A DNA stretch of 64,000 bases from Octopus bimaculoides (GCF_001194135.2 NC_068981.1:190170270-190234269), one strand, 5' to 3'; counted from the first letter of the stretch, positions 40,592 to 53,107 are shown. Numbers and translations are program-made. Notes: generated from the sequence alone by a model not told the origin.

Positions 40592-41414
40592 TTGTCATTC
40601 CAAAATTTGACCACTGACATTCCAACCATGACTAGCACTACATTGTCCAATATATCTTTACTTTTTTGATACAATGGGGTGTGATTTGAGTGATATTTGG
40701 CAGCTATTTCTAGCATGTCAAGCAACCACAATGAGAATTTCAAAAACGCAGTTTCTTAAATGCGGTAAATTATAAATAGATTTATCGTCTGATGATAACA
40801 TTACACCAGTAAAATTGTTTATGTCTAGAAGACATTTGAAACCCCATGTTTTAGAACTTTATATGCCATGGAATCAGTAGACAATGTACAACTGTGTGTA
40901 CTGAAAATTGATCACATAATATTCTTTAATCTATAATGTTATTGAATCTCTCTGTCAGATTTTAATGTTTTTTGTTTGCTTTAAAATTGAGATAGAAAAA
41001 GGAAATATCTCCAAACAACCTAAACAACTTCATTGTCTGATGACAATGAAAATTCATCTAAAAAATATTTCCCCTTTAGTATTCATGTTACATCGATTAA
41101 TGCAAAGCTTATTGATTCGCATTGTTTTGACTTAATCGTGAGTTATCTCGCAGCTTCAAAACTCTGATGTTATGATTGCTTATTTTAAGAATGACATTGT
41201 AGAGTAGGAGTGAGAGGCCAGATAAGGCTAGTTTAAATGCTATAGGGGATTTAACAGGATTATAAAAGATGTAGAACAGGGGTATAGAAATGAGACGAGG
41301 GCTATAAAAGATGTAGAGCTGATGACAGGAAGAGCATCCAGCCATTATGCATCACCTCAGTAAACCTGTCCAACACAACATGACAGCATTGAAAATGAAA
41401 ATAAAGTGATTTAA

Positions 41415-42510
41415 CCCTTTAGAATTCAGATCATTCTGTCAAATGTAATGCTTATTTATATGTTTTGAATTAATCTTGCATTATTTCGTACCTCTAAGAT
41501 TTTGATGATGTGATTTTTATATTTTTAGAATTATTGGGTCATCCCATAAATAATGTGGTTTTTACAACTGCATGAATTAAAAGTTGGAGGGGGACGGGAT
41601 AAACTACCTGCATCAAGTTGCTATAAAAGCAGGTAGCAATTTTATTTTGTACTTATTCATAGTGCAAGTTTTGAAGAGTGCAGTTCGATTTTAAGTTATT
41701 TTTTCAAAGCTCTAATGGATATGACAAAGGAGCATATTTTGCTTTATGAGTTTAATAAAGACAACAACACAATGGAAGCTGCGAGGAATATTAGTGCAGT
41801 ATATGGGATCGGACAATAAGCGTAAGTCAGTGTCAGTGGTGGTTCCAGAAATTCTGAGTCATAAACTACAGCCTCAAAGACAAGCCTCATCCTGGAAGAT
41901 CTGTTGAGCTCAACAAAGATGTCATGCAAACCCTGGTGGAACAAAATCCCATCATAACTGTTGAGTAGCTAGCAGAGAAGCTTGGATTTGGTCATTCAAC
42001 CATTCATCGACACCTGGGTGCCATCAGAAAACAACCATCTTTGGTTTCAAGGCAAAAGGTGTTCTTCCATCAGTAGGACAATGCTCGGTCACATTTTAAA
42101 GGCTAGAGCAGTTTGACTGGGAAACGCTGCCATACGCATCGGACATTGTCCCATCTAATTATTATTTATTCTGCAGTTTTCAAAATCATTTGGATGGAAA
42201 AAGTATGAATTCTGAAGATGAGGGCAGAACAGTACTGGAGGAGTATTTTTCATCATGGTCAAGTGAATTCTGGAAGAGGAGCCTTGCAAGTCTACCAGTT
42301 AGATGGAAGAGCATTGTAGCAAATGAAGGAGAGTATATTTCAAATTAAAAAAGAATTTTGTTTATCTTAATTTTGAAAAATAAAAGTATAAAAAAACCAC
42401 ATTATTTATGGGATGATCCAATATATTGTAGGGTAGGTGTGAGAGGCCAAATCTGGCTGGTTTGAACATAAAACAAGTGGAATATTTGGCTGGTTTAAAT
42501 GCTAAATGGT
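41415..42510. mobile_element. piggyBac-type MITE interrupted by a mariner
   Basis: TTAA-cccttttagaattcaga left end; degenerate right end atgctaaatggt-ttag; similar architecture to 62406-62623. Confidence 0.5.
41532..42423 (+). mobile_element. Internally deleted mariner with both TIRs
   Basis: 32-bp TIRs tattgggtcatcccataaataatgtggttttt / aaaaaccacattatttatgggatgatccaata (1 mismatch). HILLYEFNK..WFQKF..PGRSVE; C-terminal RWKSIVANEGEYI. Confidence 0.9.
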
Positions 42511-42619
42511 TTAGTATTTATCCATATTAGCATAGAATTTTTGACAAATGAATGATACCATTATCCATAGTGGCATGGAAAATCAGACAAATGACATTGT
42601 TTTCAATAAAATACAACTA

Positions 42620-43240
42620 AAGGCGGTGAGCTGGCTGAAATGTTAGCATGCCAGGCAAAATGCTTAGAGGTATTTTGTCTGCCGTTACGTTCTGAGTTCA
42701 AATTCCGCCGAGGTCGACTTTGTCTTTCATCCTTTCAGGGTCGATTAAATAAGTACCAGTTATGTACTGTGGGATCGATGTAATCGACTTAATCCCTTTG
42801 TCTGTCCTTGTTTGTCCCATCTGTATGTAGCCCCCTTGTGGGCAATAAAGAAATAAGAAACGTTAGCACGTCGGGCAAAATGCTTTGCAGCATTTCATCT
42901 CCCTTTTTACGTTCTGAGTTCAAATTCCGCCAAGGTCAACTTTGCCTTTCATCCTTTCGGGGTTGATAAATTAAGTACTAGTTGCATACTGGGGTCGATC
43001 TAATTGACTTAATCCCTTTGTTTGTCCCCTCAATGTTTAGCCCCTTGTGGGCCATAAAGAAATTAGAATCGTTAGCACTCTGGGCAAAATGTTTAGCAGT
43101 ATTTCATCTGTCTTTATGTTTTGAGTTCAAATTCCACCGAGGTCAACTTTGCTTTTCGTCCTTTGAGGAGTATTGGGGTCAATCGAATTGACTGGCCCCC
43201 TCCCCCAAAATTTTGGGCCTTATGCCTAGAGTAGAGAAGA
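42620..43240 (+). mobile_element. Head-to-tail chain of three SINE D copies
   Basis: Units start at ~42622, ~42857 and ~43066. Confidence 0.8.
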
Positions 43241-43982
43241 ATAGAATACAACTAGACAGCTGATGGGAGACATTTTGACAATTTGTCCTGTTTGAAGGGT
43301 TATGAGGAGTCGTGTCTTGTTGAGGACTATGTAACCTCTCTGGTGTAGGTGCTATGAGGCAATGAAGCTAGTGGACCCTGTAAATTGGTTGGCAATAGGA
43401 AGGATGCCCAAATATGGAAATTTGGCCAAATGACATGTAGGAACCCTAGTTTATGGGAAAGTGGTTCTTGATGGGTGGTGACTTGGGTTATAATGAACCA
43501 TCCAAACGGTGACACAATGGAAAATAAGTGTAAGATGATGATGATGAGGGGGAGAAAGAGGAAGGGAAGAAGGGGAGGGAAGACAAGGAAGGGAAGAAGG
43601 TAGGGTGGAGGAAGGGTGGACGGATGGGGAGGGGGAGGATGAGGTAAGGAGGAGAGGGGAAGTACGGGGGTGAGGGGAGGGGAAGTACTGGGGTGAGGAG
43701 AGGGGATGAGGATGAGAAGGAGGAAGGGGGTGGAGTTTAGGAAGAGGAAGGAGAAGAGGAAGGGGAGGAAGAAAAAAGGAGAAAAAGAAAAATTCTATCA
43801 TCAATCATAGAAATAAAAATGAATTACAGGAAGCATTATTTGAATTTAGAACATTTACATCACAAATCCAAAAGCATGAAGGAGCTAAACTGATTACATC
43901 TCAAGCCAACTCAACCAGGGGTGACCTGGGGCTAAACAACACCAACAACCGATTAAATCTGTATATTATTCTAAATACAATT

Positions 43983-44052
43983 TCATTATTATCATTATTA
44001 TTATTATTATTATTACTATTATCATTATTATTATCACTATTATTATCATTAC

Positions 44053-44142
<90 letters not shown>

Positions 44143-44189
44143 CATTATTATTATTATTATTATTATCATTATTGCTATTATTATCATCA

Positions 44190-44227
<38 letters not shown>

Positions 44228-44354
44228 GTTATTATCATTATCATTATTATTATTATTATCATTATTATTATTATCATCATCATCATCATCATTATTATCA
44301 TTATTATTATTATCATCATCATCATCATTATTATCATCATTATTATTATTACTA

Positions 44355-44415
<61 letters not shown>
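43983..44415. repeat. ~430-bp (ATT/ATC)n array
   Basis: Seen directly. Confidence 0.95.
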
Positions 44416-44419
<4 letters not shown>

Positions 44420-45038
44420 ATGTGTATAACACATCTTTTGGATGAAGTTAACAGAATTACTCAAGTGTTATAAAGCTCTATATACTGTTGTAGTTTTTCT
44501 TTTTTAAAAGTGTGTATTTAAAAGCTTTTTTTTTTCAGCTTTTCCTGGCAACAATGTAATATATTCCTGGAATTTCACAAAAGAAATTTTGTTTACTGGA
44601 ATCCTGAATAACCAGCAGAGATTATCATTAGTTTCCAATATATCTGACTTTCATCTCTTTGATCTGCCACCTTTCAAGCTGAAATGTTTGGACGCTAGAG
44701 AGCTATTCAAGGAATGAGTTACCATGTAATGGATGATCACGGAATTCAATATCAACAACAACAAAGAAAAAAGAAAAATTACATTTAAAAATAACATAAA
44801 AAATTAATTTTTATTTTTCTCAGTGTATTTTATAATTTTCTATAGCCTTTAGATATGAATGCAAAAAAAAAAAAGAGAAAAAAAACACAACCCTGACCAT
44901 TTTTACCCTCTAATCAGTTTTATTGTTATGGTCAGTTTTTAAATTGTTTTGTTTCAAATGTATGCTTCTTTAATAGAGATATAGAACTGGTTGAAGGACA
45001 CAGCCCACTCACTCTTTTGAAGGGACAGCATAAATAAT

Positions 45039-45561
45039 GTAGTTGTATACTGTCAACTTAACGTGACAGTCCCAATAAGGGAATCATATTACTGTTATTT
45101 AGCCCTAGGAAGCTGCACCGCTTCCTATCGGCATTGACACATTTCCTGTGTCCTTATGTTTACGAGGGGGAGACAAGCACCTCCACCCAGCCAAGCCTGC
45201 ATCCAGGGACATGTTTCTGAGTTTTTGCTCATCATCAGCTCGGAGTAGCATGGCCTGCTAGTTGGAGATGCCTGTCAAGCTCTTGTAAACATATAACTCT
45301 AGTGAAACATTCACTGATTACAAAAATTAGAAATGATACATTTCTAAATCTCTGAGAGAGACTTAAGCAGTAGTGATGCGATAAGGTAGTTGTATACTGC
45401 CAACTTAATGTGACAGTCCCAATAAGGGAATCATACTACTGCTATTTAGCCCTAGGAAGCTGCACTGCTTCTTGTCAGCCTTGACACATTTCCTGTGTTC
45501 TTATGTTTAGGAGGGGGAGACAAGCACCTCCACCCAGCCAAGCCTGCATCAAGGGACATGT
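45039..45561 (-). mobile_element. 347-bp tandem unit (1.5 copies) carrying a hammerhead: retrozyme/PLE pLTR-like
   Basis: 45039-45214 repeats at 45386-45561 (12 differences in ~176 bp by eye). Confidence 0.75.
45202..45244 (-). ncRNA. Minimal type I hammerhead ribozyme
   Basis: tccgag-CUGAUGA-UGAG caaaaa CUCA-GAAA-CAUG-UC-ccugga; palindromic stem III ACAUGU; GUC cleavage triplet; one mismatch in stem I. Confidence 0.75.
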
Positions 45562-46162
45562 GGTGATGATGGTGGTGGTGGTGGTGGTGGTGGTGGTGGT
45601 GATTGTGAGGAAGATGGTGGTGGTGGTGGCTGTGGGGATGACGATAATGATGGTGAGGATGATGATGATGATGATCTTGACCCCAAGCTTTTTAGTTATT
45701 TTCACCCCATACAAGAATACATCATCATCATCATCATCATCATCATTTAACGTCCACTTTCCATACTAGCATGGGTTTATATATATATCCATATTCTAAA
45801 AATCTGGAATACCCATGAACCCCTAAACAGGGATCCTGAAGCATTCACCCAATACAGCAAACAGTGGGAACACTCTATAATTAACTAGTGTTTTGACCAT
45901 CTAAGCTGCACTGGAATATTTCCAACATCTGATGTTGATTTGGTCAATGTGCACAATGATTCAATGTCTACTCTCTCATGTTTGCATAGCTCAGACAAAA
46001 ATAATTTGGGCTGGAGTTTTCTATGGCTGAATGCCCTTTCTGTCATCAAACCCCACTAATTTCCAAATAAGAAGATTATCTCCCCATAGGGAACCAAATT
46101 ATTGTAATAAACAGTAAAGGTGTTTGTATATAAGTGCGAGTGCAAGTAATTAAGTGTTTGTT

Positions 46163-46568
46163 TTCTTTTTTCTTTTATTTGTTTCAAGTCATTTGACTGC
46201 GGCCATGCTGCAGCACTGCCTTTAGTCGAGCAAATCGACCCCCAGGACTTATTCTTTGTAAGCCAAGTACTTATTCTGTTGGTCTCTTTTTGCTGAAACG
46301 CTAAGTTACAGGGATGTAAACAAACCAGCATTGGTTGTCAAGCGACGTTGGGGGACAAACACACATACACAAACATATACACACATACATATATATATAT
46401 ACATATATACAGCAGGCTTCTTTCAGTTTCCATCTACCAAATCCATTCACAAGGCTTTGGTTGGCCCGAGGCTATAGTAGAAGACCCTTGCCCAGGGTGC
46501 CATGCAGTGGGACTGAACCCGGAACCATGTGGTTGGTAAGCAAGCTACTTACCACACAGCCACTCCTG
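46163..46568 (-). mobile_element. Full SINE AB
   Basis: Both halves around an internal CA/TA tract. Confidence 0.8.
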
Positions 46569-46815
46569 TTTGTACCAATATAATAGTGAACCGTCAGTTC
46601 TAACCATGAACCATGAAGTTTGGCTTTTACTTACAAGTATACTAGAAAAAAATATTCTTTTCTAATCTAGGCACATACGTTATGTTCTGAGTTCAAATTC
46701 CGCCGAGGTTGACTTTGCCTTTCATCCTTTCGGGGTCGATAAATTAAGTACCAGTTATGCACTGGGAGCGATGTAATTGAATTAATCCCTTTGTTTGTCC
46801 TTGTAGGGTAGGTGT

Positions 46816-47225
46816 GAGAGGGGTAACTTCCCTTGGCTAAACAAACAGGACGCTGTAGTGTGTCGATAAGCCAGCTGGAGGAGATGTCCTCCTGGGGCTA
46901 AAGCAACAGTAACATCCACCCCTAGGGGTCATCCACACTTAAGTGGCAATACACTTCACTTTATCGTGCAGTTACTGTTAATACTTCATTTAGAGAATTG
47001 ACATTGCTTGTTTTCACTTTTTCGATATCAGTGAAGAATTTCACTGGAAAAATATACATAAGGTTGCCAAGAATTTATACCTCTCATCAAAGGTCGGTAG
47101 CTATCGGATGCTGACGAAGGGAAATAACCCTGAAACCCGGGTCCGTTCGTGCTACGATCAAGATGAGAGGGGTAACTTCCCTTGGCTAAACAAACAGGAC
47201 GCTGTAGTGTGTCGATAAGCCAGCT
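46816..47225 (+). mobile_element. 349-bp tandem unit carrying a hammerhead; second copy runs into the gap
   Basis: 46816-46876 is identical to 47165-47225. Confidence 0.75.
47105..47149 (+). ncRNA. Minimal type I hammerhead ribozyme
   Basis: cggaug-CUGACGA-AGGG aaauaa CCCU-GAAA-CCCGGG-UC-cguucg; palindromic ACCCGGGU stem III; GUC triplet, predicted cut after 47143. Confidence 0.85.
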
Positions 47226-47405
47226 NNNNNNNNNNNNNNNNNNNNNNNNNNNNNNNNNNNNNNNNNNNNNNNNNNNNNNNNNNNNNNNNNNNNNNNNNNN
47301 NNNNNNNNNNNNNNNNNNNNNNNNNNNNNNNNNNNNNNNNNNNNNNNNNNNNNNNNNNNNNNNNNNNNNNNNNNNNNNNNNNNNNNNNNNNNNNNNNNNN
47401 NNNNN

Positions 47406-47451
<46 letters not shown>

Positions 47452-47590
47452 TAATGAAGGTAAAAACTGATATCAATCAATTAACATCATGGGGATTGAT
47501 ATCTATCAATTAAAGTATGGGGAGGACAGTTGACAAGAGCCAGCCAGATAGAAAATCTACCCATGGCTATTGTGTCTATTTTGGCAGTGA

Positions 47591-47738
47591 TTTTACAGCT
47601 GGATGCCCTCCACAGATTTTACAGCTGGATGCCCTCCACAGATTTTATGGATAGATGCCCTCCACAGATTTTAAAGCTGGATGCCCTTCACAGATTTTAT
47701 GGCTGGATGCCCTGCACAGATTTTACAGCTGGATGCCC
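47591..47738. repeat. 26-bp minisatellite, 5.7 copies
   Basis: Unit ttttacagctggatgccctccacaga at 47591, 47617, 47643, 47669, 47695 and 47721 (partial). Confidence 0.9.
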
Positions 47739-48229
47739 ACCAACCACTTCACAGTGCTTTTTATGTGGCACTAGCACAGCTAAATTTGGTTTATACTTAT
47801 ATTGTAAAGTTTCAGGTCCAGTCAACCAAATCCGTTGGTACGGCTTTGGCCAGCATGAGGCTTTAATGCACTTGCCCAAGGTGCCATGCAGTGGGACTGA
47901 ACTGAAAACCATGTAGTTGGGAAGCAAGCTTGTTATCCTCACACCTACCCTCAAGCATCCTCCTTTCCCTAATTTAGAAATAATTTACTATAATAATACT
48001 CTTGTGCTTTTCTCTGTCACAACATATGAATGAAGAAGGGAGGTGTGGTAGATGAATAAGGAAGGAAGGAAGGAGTGATGGCAAGGTGGTAGTGGGATGA
48101 TAGAAGTTCTACAATGAAAAAAAATCAAACAGCATTTCAGCTGTGTGTGAGTATGTGCATGTGTATGTAAAAGGGAGGTATGTGAATGTTTGTGTGTGTG
48201 TGTGTGTGTATGTGTGTGTGTGTGTGTGT

Positions 48230-48264
<35 letters not shown>

Positions 48265-49154
48265 ATTGTGCAATGGAAGTGGGATGGTGAGCATTCAAGG
48301 CTGAAAGGAAAGATCAAACAGCGTTTCAACTCTATGTGCTTATATATGTGTATATGTGTGCGTGTGCAAAGGAAGTATGTAAATGTTTGTATGTGCAATT
48401 ATTATGTCCCTTATTTTGCACCTTATATATAAAACACAACTATTAGCCATCATTTCTGACGGCACAGGGCCAGCTAGTTACTATTATAAAAACAACAAAG
48501 CAACATAAAATACTGCTGCATTCATTTTTAACGACTACCTTCTTTCTCTTCTTTTATTCTTTCACTCATTTCAGTTATTGGACAGTGGCCATGCTGGGGC
48601 ATTGGCCTCAAGAGTTTCAGCTGTTCATATTGATCGCAGTACTTACTTCACATTGGTAATTATTAAATCAATCAATATTTATCAAGTGGTTAAGTAACCT
48701 TTTTGGCACAAAACCAATTTTTTCTTTTAATTGGCAGTGTTGTGTCAAACACATATAGGAATGTATATATATAAATGTTTGTTTTTATGCTTTGTTCTAC
48801 CAAAAACAATTTAACATTAATCTGATGAGGTACTCTATACTTTTGTTGACTATAAATTTATCATTTTTACATGAGAATAGAAATGATAGTGACTTCAAAG
48901 TTTCAGTCAGCTGAGCCATCATTGAACTGCTGATGATGGCTTAGCTAGTCAAAACTATTAAATCATCGTCAACAGTATATAGTATTCAGGTTAAGAATAT
49001 TAAGAATGTATGTGTGTGTGTGTGTGTGTGTGTACTATATAAAAAAAATACATCTAGTACACTCTATAAAGTGGTTGGCATTATGAAGGGCATAGAAAAT
49101 GATCATGACTAAAGAAGAAGAAGAAGAAGAAGAAGAAGAAGAAGAAGAAGAAGA

Positions 49155-49300
49155 ACATTGAAAAATACCTTAGGAATGAGAACCCAGGTTCAAAATTTCC
49201 CCAAGACACCTGATGAAGGCTGGAGGGTATATCAGCCGAAACGTTGTATTAACAACTAACAAGATGAGGACAAATATCCGTCAAATGTAAATAATGTAAA
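49155..49300 (+). mobile_element. SINE E body with hammerhead core (49205-49250)
   Basis: gacac-CTGATGA-a-GGCTGG agggtata TCAGCC-GAAA-CGTT-gtatt. Confidence 0.75.
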
Positions 49301-49583
49301 AAATAAAAGTTTAAAAAGATATTTATTGCAAATGTACAAATGGGAAATTTGTTTTGCATAATTTTATTTAAAGCAATAAATATTTTCCTTTTGAAAATTT
49401 ATATCCATTTCATCATTTTCTATGGACACAGCAGGAAATTTGATAAGAGCTAAATTATAATTATTGTATGCCATATTCTCTGATATTTCCCTTGGTGGGA
49501 ACATATACTTCCAGAGTTACCTGTTATATGACAAGTAATATTCCACTAGGATTGGCACATGCATGTATGTACATGTGTATGTA

Positions 49584-49842
49584 CAGTTAGTTCAAAATGT
49601 CTCTCCGCAGTGAATATTTTTCATCTTGATTCTCCAAGAGTCAGACTCTCCAAGATGTATTTCAAAACATGTGTAGAAGAGTCGACTTATGTACTGAAAA
49701 TGAAGAATAACATTTTCAACACCTCTAATAAAGTTTTTTAAAGTCTTGTAAAGACTAACATATTCTTTTGTAGTCTTATACCATCTTATAAATATTCTGC
49801 AATAAAAAATATTTACTGCGGAGGGACTTTTTGAACACCCTG
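49584..49842. mobile_element. Tc1/mariner-type MITE, 259 bp
   Basis: TA-flanked ~38-bp TIRs (cagttagttcaaaatgtctctccgcagtgaatattttt versus cagggtgttcaaaaagtccctccgcagtaaatattttt). Confidence 0.8.
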
Positions 49843-49916
49843 TATATAATGAACCCAAGCAAGCATGGAAGCTGGATGTTAAATTAATGATGATGACAAT
49901 GATGATGAGGATGATA

Positions 49917-50285
49917 GCATACAATGCCGTGCTAAATACAAACTGCAGAAATGAACCTAAAATATATTCTGGGGCAACAGAACCAATACTCAGAAACCTT
50001 TTTTTTTATAAGCTTAGAAATTCACTTGTCAACCTTGATAGAGAATATATTATTATTTTGTCAGAATTTATATAGTTCCTGCATTAGACAAATCTTCAAG
50101 AATTCAAAATTACTTGGTCGACAGTAAATTTGGCACAACCATACAGGAACGGCAACTTCAAATCAAAAATGCAATGTAACCTTTGTTTGCATGAAAAATT
50201 AAAAATTTTGACTCAAGGCTGTAAAAGTTTGGACAAAAGAATGGAATTCTTAGCACCATGTATGTATGGGGCTAAGCTTCTTTTA
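49917..50285 (+). mobile_element. PLE GIY-YIG endonuclease remnant
   Basis: AYNAVL..KIYSGATE; FKITWS..AQPYRNG; CNLCLHEKLKIL..LDKRMEFLAPC. Confidence 0.7.
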
Positions 50286-50362
50286 TGTAAATATCAGCCT
50301 CTTTGAATTTCATTCTGGTTCAGGGAAAAAAACGTTGGCTTCAAAATGTTTAATCAATATAT

Positions 50363-50422
<60 letters not shown>

Positions 50423-50665
50423 CATATACATACATACATATATAGATATATATACATACACACATATACATACATACACACACATATATATATATATATA
50501 TATATCAATATAGAGTAGTGGTACAACAAGGCACCAATATTTACTGGAAATAGCAGTTGATACAATTATGATGCTATACTAAGGCTTCACTGCATATATA
50601 CTGGCATGTGAGTGCAACAAACATGTATGTATATACATGTATATATATATATATATATGCATATT

Positions 50666-50751
<86 letters not shown>

Positions 50752-51099
50752 GGCATAAATAATTGCTTGTGTGTATGTGTGCATGAGTGTGCATATATAT
50801 GTATCTATGTATGTGTACAAGCACACGAAATGTACATCTGCATGCACCATTATTGATTTAAAAAATATTAATTAAATGTATTACTTTAAAATAATAATTT
50901 AAAACATTATTTTCAAGCAACAATGCAATTCCATGGAGAAAGTTATTAGAGTGACTTCACTCGTATGAAGTTTAAGACATTTAGAATATTTTCATGAGAA
51001 CCAGAAATGAAATTATAAATGTGAGTATGAAACTGCCACTTTTACATGTGTCACCCAAAAGGGTGTTTTTAACCAAAAAAGCACAAAGATATTCGCCTT

Positions 51100-51555
51100 A
51101 TTGGCACTTGTGTGGGTGGCACAGGAAAAAAACATTCAAGCAAGGTCATTGCCAGTGCCACTGGACTGGCTCTTGTGCAGATGGCACATCGTAATTAAAC
51201 CAAATTCGATGACTGGCACCCATGCCAGTGGAATGCTAACAGCACCGTCCGAGCATGATCATTGCCAGAGCAGCAGTCTGGCTTCCCTGCTGGTGGCACA
51301 TAATTAGTACCATTTGAATGTAATCGTTACCAGCGTTGCCTTACTGGCACTTGTGCCGGTAGCACGGGATAAAACATTCGAGCAAGGTCATTGCCAGTGC
51401 TGCTGGACTGGCTCCTGTGCAGGTGACACATCGTAATTGAACCAAATTCGATGACTGGCACCCGTACCAGTGGAGTGCTAACAGCACCGTCCGAGCGTGA
51501 TCATTGCCAGAGCAGTTGTCTGGCTTCCGTGCCGGTGGCACATAAATAGCACCAA
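51100..51555 (+). repeat. RTE-UTR-type hairpin array with a 242-bp tandem duplication
   Basis: gccagt-N8-actggc at 51151 and 51393; gccaga-N7-tctggc at ~51264 and ~51506. Confidence 0.75.
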
Positions 51556-51624
51556 AGAATAGGTCAAGAAGCAAAACTTCTTAATCACACAGCTACACAT
51601 TTGTCTATATTTCCATCCAGTTAA

Positions 51625-52070
51625 GACAGTGAGCTGGCAGAAACGTTAGCACATTGGGCAAAATGCTTAGCGGTATTTCATCTGTCGTTATGTTCTGAGT
51701 TCAAATTCCGTCGAGGTCGACTTTGCCTTTCATCGTTTTAGGGTTGATAAATTAAATACCAGATGCATACTGGGGTCGATCTAATCGACTAGCCCCTTCA
51801 CCAAAATTTTCGGGCCTTGTGCCTAGAGTAGAAAAGAATACTTTGGTGACTCCAAGGTGGTGAGCTGGCAGAAATGTTAGCACACCAGGCAAAATGCTTA
51901 GCGGTATTTCGTCTGCCGTTATATTTTGAGTTCAAATTCCGCCGAGGTCTACTTTGCCTTTCATCCTTTCAGGGTCGATAAATTAAATATCAGATGCGTA
52001 CTGGGGTCGATCTAATCAACTGGCCCCCTCTCCAAAAATTTTGGGCCTTGTGCCTAGAGTAGAAAAGTAT
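51625..52070 (+). mobile_element. Two tandem SINE D copies
   Basis: Units at ~51625 and ~51855. Confidence 0.8.
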
Positions 52071-52462
52071 ATCTCCACCCAGTAAACTCCATTTGCAAGG
52101 CATTACTCAACCAAGACCTATAGCAGGAGACATTTGTGCAAAGTGCCACACTATAGGATTGAACACAGAACCATGTGGTTAGGAAGCATATGACATTTAC
52201 CCCACAACCACACCCGTGTCTATTGATTCTAATATACATCTTAACCATTGTAGAACCATAATAATCTGAAGACAGTCTTTTCTCCTTTTCCTTCATTGTT
52301 TTATTCTTTTTATTCCTTCTTCTTTCCTCTTTGGACTCATTCTCATAGCATCCTGTATTTGTCCTCTTCAATAATAAACTCACAAACCATCAGGAAAAAA
52401 AAATTGCAGAGCAAAGAATCAACAGACACAGCTATAAAGATCTGAGACAACAGACAATGACA

Positions 52463-52470
52463 CAAACACA

Positions 52471-52514
<44 letters not shown>

Positions 52515-52659
52515 CTCTCTCTCTCTCTCTCTCTTTCTTTCCCTTTCTCTCTCTCTTTCTCTCTCTCCCTTTCTCTCTCTCTCTCTCACTCTTTCTCTCT
52601 CTCTCTTTCTTTCTCTCTCTCTTTCTTTCTCTTTCTCTCTCTCTTTCTCTCTCTCCCTT

Positions 52660-52694
<35 letters not shown>

Positions 52695-52706
52695 TTCTCT
52701 CTCCCT
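52463..52706. repeat. (CT)n/CTTT pyrimidine tract
   Basis: Seen directly. Confidence 0.9.
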
Positions 52707-53076
52707 CTCTTTTGTTTCAATGACAAATGAATCCCCCCTCCTATGATACTTACAGACAATATACATTTCACAGATAAACCAAGAAAAAAAAACAATAACA
52801 AAAACATAAACAGAAAAGATAAACAGACAAAAAAAAACACATCATTGAAGGAAACGTTATGAAGAAATTCTGCCATCCAACCAAGGAACTCTTTCTCTTC
52901 GCAGAATGGTTCCTTCAGATTAAAGAGAGAGATATTGGTTTTGTTGTAATATTTATGAACTTCACTATTCACTTTCAATGGTGGCAACGTAAACGAAGGG
53001 AAGCGGAGAGCAATAACAATAATTAGCAATAGAAATCAATTTTTATGACTTGAGACCAGTTCATTTATGGATGTGT

Positions 53077-53107
<31 letters not shown>

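Noticed and set aside
43540-43795. Purine-rich tract with triplex/G4 potential (also 52463-52706)
   Set aside because: Ordinary simple repeat in this genome; nothing indicates function.
48925-48975. CTGATGA-tggct..agtca-AAAC
   Set aside because: GAAA missing and stems I/III unconvincing. The nearby CTGATGA at ~48825 has no stem II.
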